Shown here one piece after another: positions 24,930 to 34,735 of a DNA stretch of 64,000 nt. Under the pieces are notes generated by a model that saw only the letters and a program-made list of their open reading frames with translations, made no database searches and was not told where the DNA came from. The first letter of the stretch is position 1. Each line of letters starts with the position of its first letter. The stretch comes from Octopus sinensis. Lineage: Eukaryota. The stretch is from assembly GCF_006345805.1 (NCBI RefSeq), contig NC_043021.1, positions 12,648,001 to 12,712,000 on the forward strand. The letters are read 5' to 3'. Both the position numbers and the translations under genes were made by a program.

Positions 24930-27111
24930 TACATACATACATACATATGTATGTAAATGTAGATTATGCCATATTTCTGTGGAAGGCATCGCACACGTGA
25001 TTAGCAGCTGCCCAAAAATGTCATGACATGACATTCTCGCAAAAACAATATACAATGCCTTTCAGATTAAAAAAGACTGTCTTGGAATAAATATAGAGCA
25101 TATACCTCTGTCATTTAATACAAACACAAATATCAGCACATGGAATACTAGCAGAACACTCTTTTCAAAACATCTGACAAGTGTAAACATTACAGGCCGG
25201 ATATTGTTGATTGGGATAGACAAGGAAAAGTATTTAACCATCACAGAGGTCAGCTGTCCTGTTGATGTGAATATCTCTTTGAAAATCCAAGAGAAAGATG
25301 ACCATGGACACCTGCTTTGTAACCTCCAGCTTCAATATCCAAATTACAGATTTACATTTATATCAATAACTAGCAGTATCACCCGGCGTTGCTCGGGTTT
25401 GTAAGGGAAATAACTATATAAGCATTTTTAGAGAGTTATAGCCAAAAATTAGCAAAAAAATGCATTAAAAATGGAAAAAAAAATGATGGTAAATTTTTTT
25501 TTAAATCATTGACTCATCGTAGACATTTTTAGAGAGTTACTTCCCTTATATAATAGCGAAAAAATGCATTAAAATGGAAAAAATGGTGGTAATTTTTAAT
25601 CGTAGACTCATCGTAGGGGCTCGATATGAATCACGACTATAAGATACCCGGTTTTGGTTAAACTGCACCGCAAAATGTGGGAGTAGTTAGGAATCTAAAT
25701 CGTAGGAAACAGACACACAACTTGACTTTTATATATAAAGATTGGGTGCTTTTGGTTTTGTAAGTAAATGCCTGTCAGTCAGTCTGGATAAGCTTGGATT
25801 ATCAGAAAAAGCATTCAACCAGGTGATTTGCACATTACAAATTCAGTCTGTAAGTAGAACAGTAAAACTATGCAAGGCTTTTCTCAGGTTTAAAATCTGA
25901 CATTGTTTGTTTTCTTTGTCTACATTCCAACGATGGAGCTTTGTATCTTTGTTAGAAAAACCAGCTCCTTCTACAGACAAAGAATTTGAGTGACTACACA
26001 CACATATCCACACGTATTTCACTTGTTTCAGTTATTAAACTGCAGCCATGCTGGGGCACCACCGTGAAGAATTTTAGTCAAACAAATTGACCCCAGAACT
26101 TGTTTTTCTTTTTAGAGCCTGTTACTTATTCTATCGGTCTCTTTTGCCGAACTGCTAAGTTACAAGGATATGAACACACCAACTCCAGACGTCAAGCGAT
26201 GGTGGGGAGCAAACACAGACACAAAAACACAAAAACGAGCTTCTTCAGTTTTCGTCAAACCAAATCCATTCACAAGGTTTTGGTTGTCCCAAGACTAGAG
26301 TAGAAGACATTTGCCCAAAGTGCCACAGAGTGGGGCTGAACCCTGAACCATGTAATTGAGAAGCAAACTTCTTACCACACAGCCACACCCGCAACTACTC
26401 ACATATGCATACAACCACACATATACATACATCACCGTTGTCATCATCATCATTATTTTAATGTCCACAAGGTGGCGAGCTGGCAGAATCGTTAACATGC
26501 TTAGTGATATTCCTTCTGCTGCTACATCTAAGTTCAAATTCCACCGAGGTCGACTTTACCCTTTCATGGTCAATAAATTAAGTACCAGTGAAACACTGGG
26601 GTCGATGTAATCAACTTCCCCCTCCCCTAAAATTTCAGGCCTTGTGCCGCAGTTCAAGAATTTGGACCTGGAGATCTCCATTTCTAGCGACTTTGAGGGC
26701 CACCTCCCAGTAGTGTTGGGCGTCAACAAAGAGCCCTCGACTACAAGACGACCAAAGTTTTTTTTCTTTTTTTTTTCCAAGGTCTGGGGTCTCCCGCCCC
26801 GAAGCCCTAGACCATCACCTAATCGTCTTTACCCGTCTTGTTGCTTAAAAGCAACAACAGCCTTGTGCCTATAGTAAAAAGGATTATTTCAATGTCCACT
26901 TTCCCATGCTTGTATATCTTTTTATTCATCTATCCATTTCTATCTTTCATTTCAGTTGCTGATATTATTTAAGTTTGTGAAATTCCAGCCAATAACAATG
27001 GGTAGTTATGAGTACCCCATGTCTGCCCAAGTGATCGGATACCTCTTATCAGTCCTTTGTGTCATATCCATACCAGGATATTTTATATATTACTTACTCA
27101 GAAACTGCTCG
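264..27111 (+). CDS. SLC6 (neurotransmitter:sodium symporter) family amino-acid-type transporter; spliced gene, 5' end outside the window
   Basis: Exons 264-456, 1118-1249, 3121-3387, 4173-4287, 8025-8157, 9136-9270, 13803-13906, 15533-15657, 16946-17058, 19909-20046, 21691-21790, 24131-24225 and 26956-27111 join in frame (1806 nt), all GT-AG. Family motifs: [61 protein letters not shown]. No ortholog assignment is possible by eye. Confidence 0.95.
1118..1249 (+). CDS. SLC6 exon (TM2)
   Basis: ccag| (G)[43 protein letters not shown](G) |gtaagt; phase 1-1. Confidence 0.95.
2834..2869 (+). ncRNA. Hammerhead-like motif, A6-to-U core variant
   Basis: cuuu CUGUAGA A GAGC-auag-GCUC GAAA CGU A aaag; lies in a dispersed repeat at ~2775-2960. 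Confidence 0.5.
3121..3387 (+). CDS. SLC6 exon (TM3, first half of EL2)
   Basis: gcag| (G)[49 protein letters not shown]...HPDCR |gtaagt; phase 1-1. Confidence 0.95.
3946..3981 (+). ncRNA. Hammerhead-like motif, A6-to-U core variant (second copy of the same repeat)
   Basis: cuuu CUGUGGA A GAG-cguaga-CUC GAAA CGU U aagg; lies in the repeat at ~3888-4075. Confidence 0.45.
4173..4287 (+). CDS. SLC6 exon (second half of EL2)
   Basis: ccag| (P)[37 protein letters not shown](F) |gtatgg. Absent from the ORF track; supplies the phase 1-to-2 change needed and the SEEY motif. Confidence 0.88.
8025..8157 (+). CDS. SLC6 exon (TM4)
   Basis: taag| [44 protein letters not shown] |gtaggt. Confidence 0.95.
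8924..8966 (+). ncRNA. Hammerhead-like motif, A6-to-U core variant
   Basis: uugaac CUGUAGA A GGCA-cgcuaga-UGCC GAAA UAU U guucaa: stem I 6 bp, stem II 4 bp, palindromic AUAU. Confidence 0.55.
9136..9270 (+). CDS. SLC6 exon (TM5, EL3)
   Basis: ccag| [45 protein letters not shown] |gtaaac. Confidence 0.95.
10122..10186 (+). ncRNA. Hammerhead-like motif, canonical CUGAAGA core, long stem II, weak stem I
   Basis: CUGAAGA U UGACUGUAAC...GUACAGCCA U GAAA C-gauc-G UA; palindromic ACGAUCGU; only 2 bp of stem I. Confidence 0.5.
10956..11340 (+). mobile_element. tRNA-head SINE family A (representative full-length copy)
   Basis: ggcgcaggagtggctgtgtggtaag...ggttcagtccc head, internal microsatellite, (agtaaaag) tail; similar copies at ~5346-5760(-), 18857-19220, 27118-27510(-), 52945-53357 and 59046-59430. 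Confidence 0.85.
11872..12380. repeat. Tandem duplication of a ~220-bp AT-rich block separated by (TA)n
   Basis: taataataataatattagggagtaaatcc...gtctcaaatttaata at ~11872 and ~12163. Confidence 0.85.
13803..13906 (+). CDS. SLC6 exon (TM6)
   Basis: acag| [34 protein letters not shown](R) |gtaacc. Confidence 0.95.
15533..15657 (+). CDS. SLC6 exon (TM7)
   Basis: tcag| [41 protein letters not shown](G) |gtaagt. Confidence 0.95.
15903..16243 (+). mobile_element. tRNA-head SINE family B
   Basis: gaaggcgcatggctcagtggttagagcg...gctcgaatccc (A/B-box-like); decayed copies at ~60690-60990(-), 51783-52020 and 58270-58520(-). Confidence 0.8.
16946..17058 (+). CDS. SLC6 exon (EL4, TM8)
   Basis: acag| (G)[37 protein letters not shown] |gtaagt. 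Confidence 0.95.
19909..20046 (+). CDS. SLC6 exon (end of TM8, TM9)
   Basis: tcag| [46 protein letters not shown] |gtaaga; not in the ORF track. Confidence 0.9.
21307..21526. mobile_element. piggyBac-type MITE
   Basis: TTAA|ccctttgtcattta ... taaatgctaaaagg|TTAA. Confidence 0.7.
21691..21790 (+). CDS. SLC6 exon (TM10)
   Basis: ttag| [33 protein letters not shown](G) |gtaagt; not in the ORF track. Confidence 0.92.
22593..22923. mobile_element. Mariner-like MITE
   Basis: TIRs cgaggggtgttggaaacttcctgg and ccaggaacttttcagcacccctca; a related decayed copy lies at ~59620-59810. Confidence 0.6.
24131..24225 (+). CDS. SLC6 exon (IL5, TM11)
   Basis: tcag| [31 protein letters not shown] |gtaagt; divergent from the family consensus. 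Confidence 0.85.
24650..24955. repeat. Compound CA/GA/TA microsatellite
   Basis: Direct reading. Confidence 0.9.
25150..25890 (+). mobile_element. RLE-type LINE 3' end, split by the Helitron
   Basis: [27 protein letters not shown]...[13 protein letters not shown] | [23 protein letters not shown]; a related fragment lies at ~19440-19700 ([19 protein letters not shown]). Confidence 0.7.
25370..25741 (-). mobile_element. Non-autonomous Helitron
   Basis: Minus strand A|TC...hairpin cccgagcaacgccggg...CTAG|T; inserted at an AT dinucleotide. Confidence 0.8.
26649..26859 (+). mobile_element. Unclassified ~210-bp SINE-like retroposon with (CAA)n tail
   Basis: 10-bp TSD GCCTTGTGCC (26639-26648 and 26860-26869); other copies at ~54850-55068 (-), 60029-60160 and 60207-60420. 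Confidence 0.75.
26956..27111 (+). CDS. SLC6 exon (TM12)
   Basis: tcag| [52 protein letters not shown] |gttagt; Y.YP motif. Confidence 0.9.
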
Positions 27112-27631
27112 GTTAGTTACTCTTTTTTACTCTTTTACTTGTTTCAGTCATTTGACTGCGGCCATGCTGGAGCACCGCCTTTAGTCGAGCAAATCGACCC
27201 CGGGACTTATTCCCTGTAAGCCCAGTACTTATTCTATTGGTCTCTTTTGCCGAACCGCTAAGTGACGGGGACGTAAACACACCAGCATCGGTTGTCAAGC
27301 AATGCTAGGGAGACAAACACAGACACACGAACACATACATATATATATATACGACAGGCTTCTTTCAGTTTCCGTCTACCAAATCCACTCACAAGGCATT
27401 GGTCGGCCTGGGGGCTATAGCAGAAGACAGTTGCCCAAGATGCCACGCGGTGGGACTGAACCCGGAACCATGTGGTTGGTTAGCAAAGCTACTTACCACA
27501 CAGCCACTCCTAGGATTTTTTTTTTTTAATGTTTTTTCTCCACCTTCCTTTGTCTCCTCTCCAACCTTTTCTCCTCCCAAATTTCCAGTTCTGTCTCCAT
27601 TATTCCTTGTTTCCTCATTACCGATATCTAG

Positions 27632-27655
27632 GAATCACCCAGACTGGTGTTTTAA
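27632..27655 (+). CDS. Candidate terminal SLC6 exon (ESPRLVF-stop)
   Basis: Long pyrimidine tract ending tatctag|; the phase-0 reading gives ESPRLVF*. No homology support, and other acceptors nearby are possible. Confidence 0.3.
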   Translation, partial: ESPRLVF

Positions 27656-28275
27656 GCAAAAATAGATATCCTGAAGTCTGCCAGACGTCTCTGGGCAGCT
27701 CATCCAGATGTGAACAATACACATGGGCAAAAACATGGAGAGAGGGCTGATTTTATCTTGATAAGGTTTGACCTCATTCCATTGCAGTCACAAATTAATT
27801 TCATTGAATTTTGTATGTCCTGCTTGATGTTATTTACTTCGTCACACATACACACAATTAAGCTGTTCAACAATAGTTTTGAAAAGGGAATAGAAACTTT
27901 CAGGCAGTTTCCCATTTCCATCCATCGAACTTCTGTATACAACAACAACAATAATCCAAAATCTTTATCATTCTCAATGTAGAGCTGTGAAAACAAGGGG
28001 GAACTGAGGGCATGGGCCTTGATTTTATTTACTATTTAAGTGATAAAGATTTGTTAAGTCTGCCACTTACGTTATTTGCAGTGTAAGCAAACACACTCGG
28101 TAAAAGATTTTCAATAAACAGAGGAGACAGTGATGACAACCTTACCATCTATGGCGTTTTATTTAGCTCAAAAACGAAATATTGACAACTTTTTTGTATG
28201 TTTCTTGTTGTCTTACTTGAATCAAACGTTAATATTTGACGAAGCAATTGAAAGCAAAAAACAAACTATCATTAA

Positions 28276-29700
28276 CTAGTAGTATCGCCCGACGTTGCTC
28301 GGGTTTGTTTCGACCCTTTAGAATTGGAATTTTTGAAAAGTAAAAATTTTGCTTTATGTGGCTTGATATTCTCTTCAAGGGAACATTTTTCTGGTTGAAA
28401 TACACCAAAAAAATGGCGACACAGCAGTCAAAAAATCGTAAAAAATAGGGATTTTCATAGAAAAGAAGCACCTTTTTGATGTAAATAATTTTTGGTGTTA
28501 ACATGGTCTGATTTGAATTTTATCTTCTACGGAATGAAGAGCAAGCCTTCTTCTATCATGCTCTCAATTTTGGTCAACTTGTGCCAGAGGGTCTTAGAGG
28601 AGACAGTGTTAGTTGAAGGCTACCAAACCTGCCACACACAGACGACTTCAGCTTTTCGCAAAAGGGACTCGTCTGTGGGCTATATTTGGTTGTTCTGTGC
28701 ATGTTGCACAATATACTTTAAATGTTATAACATTCCACATTTTGAAACATGTAATACGCATTTTTAGAGAGAAAAATGTCGTACTTCAACCTCTTTGTTC
28801 AAGGTAAAAGCAAAGCACAAGAAAATGAGAAATTCCGATTTATGCGTGATGGCTCTTCCAACTTTTATTCTGTGAAAATACAAATTACATGTTTCAAAAT
28901 GTGGACGATGAAAAGAAAATAGAAATAGTGGCGACGGTGAGGGGGGTGGGGGCTGGGTAGACATTTGAAGAAAAAAAAACGAATGGATTAAGAGGTTTTA
29001 TTTTAAAGAAACTTCGCTGGTGAGTAATTTAAAATGTGGGAAAATGGTGAAGAAATCCGAGAAATTCCAGTTTACTTAAGACAGCTATTCTGAAAGTCCA
29101 ACAAATATAGAATTGAATATCTTCGGCAATCTTTCGTCTCTAGTAGACCTTTCCGTCGATTTCCGTAAAAATTTTTTTTTTTTACATATGGGCTTGCGGG
29201 AACTTTTGAAGTAATGAGAGCGAAAGAGACTAAGAGAAAGCGATTGTATGACGAGGGAAGTTCTTTTGAAGTTACCGTGCATGTGTGTGTGTTTGATGGG
29301 GTGTGGGAGACAGACAGTATGTTGTGTAAGTGAAGTGCTTCTGTTAGTGTGTGTGAAGAGACAGAGTAATGCGTGAAAGAAAGAGATAACTGAAATTTTT
29401 TACTCGGTGTATGTGTATATGTATATTACTTCAAAAGTTCCCGCAAGCCCATATGTAAAAAAAAAAAAATTTTTACTAGAGACGAAAGATCGCCATATCT
29501 TCTTTTAAAAAGTTTCGTTATGACAGAGTTTCGAAAATATAAATTTGAAAAAAAATTGTTGAAAGCACCGAAAATCAGAAAAGTCGGGTTGGTAAAATGA
29601 TGAGCTCCAACCGGTACTCCACTAATTTCTAAACAACGAAAAACCACGATTATATTAATTTATATTTTATAATAGCTTAATTTAATCAGTCGATTATGTC
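28276..29700 (-). mobile_element. Helitron-like element (3' end clear, 5' boundary uncertain)
   Basis: actagtagtatcgcccgacgttgctcggg matches the 3' end of the 25370 Helitron; contains internal inverted repeats. Confidence 0.5.
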
Positions 29701-30514
29701 ACCTATATTTAAAGCAAATATACGAAGACGAATTCTGAAGTTTGTCTCATGCTGAAAATTTACAAAATTTATATATTTTTTTATAAAACCAAACTTTACA
29801 TAGAACAAAAGTTAAAATACCAATTATGGGAGATATGAAGAATGTCTTACCTTTACCTAAAAAATACCAACTCAAGACAACAGTTGTGCGAAATACATCG
29901 AAGTCACATTTGTAAATTATTTGTTTAGTGACAGTAATCTCTCTCTCTCTCTCTTTGTGCATATATACACACAGAGGCAAACAGGGTCTAAAAATATTGG
30001 TTGCCAGTAGAGTTAGGGGGCCCACCCGCAACCACAATGCTGTAATTTAATTTTTTCTTTTTTTTTTTTTTTTTTTTAAAAGTATTCTTTTCAACTATCT
30101 ACAAACACAGCCAGGCTGAAATAATGCATTCTTCCAGGAGTGAATAAAAATTCTCGAACTTGAGGGGATGGGCCCCTTACATACTAACATGGGGCCCCCA
30201 TGTATGGAATCTAATGACGCAATATATATATATTAATAATACTAAAACTCTAAGGATGTTTGTATGTCCTGTAAATATCTTAGAAATAGTATATTTTATC
30301 TTAATTTTTTTTGCATATTTATTTTCATACCTTCGGCAGTGCAGTACAAATTTTTGTGACATTCGGTCCTCTATTCATTAATGAAAATGAGTGAACACAA
30401 TTTTTATGTTTACTCATGATGTCAGCACACATACATACATACAGAATACACATACATATAATGAAGGTCATGGCGTGTCAATCAACCCAAACACACATCC
30501 ACTATCTGTGACGT

Positions 30515-31700
30515 ATCCACACAGTCTTCACACTCTCTAAGAAAAAACAACAATGATCCAAGGCTGGCACAGCAGGCCATCCTGCAAGCCATGAACTCAC
30601 TTCATTTGTCGGGTCTTCACAGTCACAGCATATCTCCAGAAGTTTCGGTCTTTCGTCATTGCCTCTGTGAGCGATAACATTTGAAGGTCATGCTTGACCA
30701 CCTCATCCCATGTCTTCCTGGGTCTACCTCTACCTCGGATTCCTTCAACCTTTTGGGAGTGGCACTTCTTCAGACATCTCTCCTCACACATCTGTAGTAC
30801 ATGACCATACCAACGCAAACATCACTCCTGCATGCCACACCCGATGCTTCTTGTGTCCAACATTTCTCTCGGGGCGCTTACACTGTTGTGTGTGCACACT
30901 GACATTACACATCCAGCGGATCATGCTAGCTTCATTTCTTTCAAGCTTACACATGTCTTCCGCAGTCATAGACCATGTTTCACTGCCATGAAGCATGGTA
31001 GTTTGCACACTTACGTCCTACAATCTACCTTTCACTCTGAGCGAGAGACCCTTTGTCGCCAGTAGGGGAAGAAGCTTTCTAAACTTTGCCCAGGCTATTA
31101 TTATTCTAGTGGTAACACCCTCTGAGCATCCACCCCCACTACTAACTTGGCCACCTAGGTAGCAGAAGCTATTAACTACTTCTAGTTTCTCCCCCCGGAG
31201 TCTGATGGAATCTGTTTTCTGAATATCTGTGGTGTCTGTTGCCCCTGTGCATCTGCAGCACACGAAACCTATCTTCTCGGTTAATTTTCTTTTGATGTTG
31301 CTGCACTCTTATGTGTCTATAGCTTACACTGGGTACATCTTATGGAGTTTCTACCTACACCTTTTCTACACATCGAGCAGGGCCACCTACCTAATGGGGT
31401 GTGTGGTGAGTTTGCCTTCTTACTTACTAGAACTTTGTTATTTGCTACATTGACTCTAAGGCATTTTGATTCTAAACCTAGCTTCCACACCCAAAATGAT
31501 TTGGTGTGATTCTACTATGAGGGCCAGGTCATCAGCATAGAGGAGCTCCCAGGGGCAACCAGTCTTGAATTCCTCTGTTATTGCCTGGAGGACTATGATG
31601 AACTGATAGCTGAACCTTGGTGGACCCCTACTTCTACCTGGAATTCTTCACTATACTCATTGCCAATCCTAACCTTATTAACAGCCTCTCTGTAAAGGGC
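30515..31700 (-). mobile_element. Decayed RTE-clade LINE fragment
   Basis: VGVHQGS, LLYADDLAL (RT motif), [28 protein letters not shown], spread over several frames. Confidence 0.9.
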
Positions 31701-32233
31701 CTGTATATATAATATATAATATATATAATATATATTTATGTATGTATGTATAGATAGATAATATAATATATACGAGTAAGTGAACACATGCAAAAAAAAG
31801 GCACTCAACATATTTTAGTAGGAGTTGCATGTATTATTTACAACAGTTTGATTTGGCCCTCATGCCAAATAATATGATAATATATGTATTATATATAAAA
31901 AATGGAGGTAATATATAATGTGTGTGTATGTGTATGCAAATCTATAAAAATATTTATATGCATAAATATTCCGTGTATATTTCCAGAAAAAGTCAATTAA
32001 AGAATGCTTCCAACCAGATGACCGTTGGGGACCTTCGTGTCTGGCACCTGAAAACATCCAGAAGGAGTTCCAAATCAATAAAGCTTTTGTCCCAGATGTT
32101 ATCACAGAAATATCCATAAAGACTACAAGTCTCGGAAGCAAGTAACACTGAATCCCTGTATTGTATTGTTTTCTATAAATAAATTAGTTGGTTTCAAACA
32201 ATCTGTGTTTAGAATTAAATAAGTAAATATATA

Positions 32234-32412
32234 CAGGGTGCATAGGTATTTGAGGACGTACATTTTTGGGGTCGTTGCTGCATTTTTTGCTTGCTTTGTA
32301 TAATCTTTGTTTCAGAAAATAATAATGGCAGACTCTCAGCTTACTCAAGAAATGAAGAGGCATGCTGTCAATGTGGTTATAAAGGCTGAGTATAGCGATT
32401 TAGAAATATCTT
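32234..32412 (+). mobile_element. 5' end of a Tc1/mariner (maT-like) element
   Basis: ta|cagggtg TIR-like start, followed by MADSQLTQEMKRHAVNVVIKAEYSDLEIS (resembles a transposase N-terminus). Confidence 0.55.
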
Positions 32413-32835
32413 AATATATGGATGTTTTGTTGTCCCTTTTTGTATCATCTGTCTGGATGTTCTGCGTTCTTGTCCCATTTTTTGTATTCCTTTATATATA
32501 TATATTATATATATGATCACGTGACCGACCAGACCATCAGATGTTGCTACACATCGCTGGTCACAATGCGCTTCGCTTTGTTTTAGCCTTTGAGTGATGC
32601 CACCCCGCTGGCTAAGCGAGCAGGCCAACAAAAGAAAGAGTGAGAGAAAGAGTGGTGAAGGAGTACAGCAGGGATCACCAACCCCTGCCGGAGCCTCGTG
32701 GAGCTTTTAGGTGTTTTTGCTCAATAAACACACACAACGCCCGGTCTGGGAATCGAAACTGCGATCCTACGGCCGCGTGTCCGCTGCCCTAACCACTGGG
32801 TCATTGCACCTCCACATATATATATATATATCACA

Positions 32836-32888
<53 letters not shown>

Positions 32889-33794
32889 CAATACATACAC
32901 CGATATTGTTTTGTGCTGAGTGGGGATGCTAAACTCCCTTGTTTGAAAATATGAGGACACAGATAGCATGTGATATAGACAGCTGGAGAAGATGTTTCCT
33001 GCAGCTAAGTAACAGTAACATTCGTCTTAAACCAGGACTACCAAGTTATGTTGGCAACTAATCTTTACTCTAGAGTATTGTTACTGAATGACTCTCATTG
33101 AGAGATTTACAAACAGAAATTTTCTATTTTAATATATACACAAGTGCTTTTATATATATATATATGTATATGAGTACTCCGTGCTAGTGGAGCATTAAGA
33201 GCACCATCCGAGCGTAATCATTACCAGAGCGGCTAACTGGCATCTGTGCCGGTGGCATGTAAAAGGCACCATTCGGGTGTGATCGTTACCAGAGTCGCCT
33301 TACTGGCACTTGTGCCAATGTGCAGGTGGCCTTGTGCCAATGTGCTGACTGGCCCTCGTGCTGGTGGCACGTAAAAGCACCCACTACACTCATGGTGTGG
33401 TTGTCATTAGGAAGGGCATCCAGCTGTAGAAACTCTGCCAGATCAAGATCGGAGCCTGGTACAGCTATCTGGTTCGCCAGTCCTCAGTCAAATCGTCCAA
33501 CCAATGCTAGCATGGAAAGCGGACGTTAAACGATGATGATGATGATGATGAGTGTGTATACATTTGTCTTCATGTATAGTTATACATGAAAAAAAATAAA
33601 ACTGCTGAACATTGGTGAGTTTCTTGATACGTTGTTGCGTTATCATATTTATTTCGTTTTTTATGGAAAAGGTTAACAGTTACTTCAAAGTTTCAGATTA
33701 GTTATCGTCGACACACTGACAAGCACGACCATACCGAAAGAATTAAATTACATACATAGACATCTTAAAAGTAAATAGACACTTATTATATATA

Positions 33795-34034
33795 CACGGG
33801 GTTGGCCAAATGTCATCTGGCAGTAAATCAAAATTCCATAAATGCTTAATATTCAGTTTTGTTTATTTATTTGGGAAAATGGGTTTTGCTCAAGAAGGAC
33901 TTCAATTTGAACAATTTTCATGATGTTTCATATTTAGATGCTTTCAATTAAATTCATTCAGTTGTTAAATATAAAAAAGTCTTGGAATTAAATGGTTTTG
34001 GTTTACTGTCAGGTGACTTTTGGCCAAACCCGTA
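33795..34034. mobile_element. Tc1/mariner-type MITE
   Basis: Imperfect TIRs cggggttggccaaatgtcatctggcagtaaa and tttactgtcaggtgacttttggccaaacccg; TA context. Confidence 0.7.
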
Positions 34035-34104
34035 TGTGTGTGTGGATATATATATATATGTCTGTGAGTGTGTGTATGTGTGTATATAAATACATACATA
34101 ATAC

Positions 34105-34170
<66 letters not shown>

Positions 34171-34552
34171 ATATTATATATATATATATGTCTGTGAGTG
34201 TGTGTATGTGTGTATATAAATACATACATAATACATATATATATATATATATATACATACATACACACACACACACATATATACATATATGCATATACAC
34301 ATTTATAGTGTGTGTAGCTATATACACACACACACACACATATATATATATTTAGATACACATGTATATATGCATATATATACATACATATACGTGTGTG
34401 TGTGTGTATATATATAAAAATGAGGGATGTCTATTTACTTTTGAGAGGTCTGAGTACATGCATGCATACACACACACATACATGTGTGAGTGTGTGTGTG
34501 TTTGTATACATGCATGTATGTATATTTGCTCATGTGTATAGTAAATTCATCT

Positions 34553-34735
34553 TCATTTCTTTGTTTTGGTGGTGGCAGTCTTGTTGGGCCCCTTCTTCGC
34601 CCCCTTCTTATGAGATGGTGGTTTAAGGTCTTTCTCGTCCAGATCAATTTGGTTCTCTTCCATTACCTTTATGCACGACTGCCTGTAATCTTCACGTTGC
34701 TGAAAAAAGTTCTCTCGAGCAAGGTCAAGTTGTAA
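34553..34735 (-). CDS. ADGB: ADGB terminal coding exon
   Basis: tcag| [63 protein letters not shown]; Lys-rich C-terminus as in other ADGBs. Confidence 0.9.
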   Translation of the reverse strand, partial: LQLDLARENFFQQREDYRQSCIKVMEENQIDLDEKDLKPPSHKKGAKKGPNKTATTKTKK

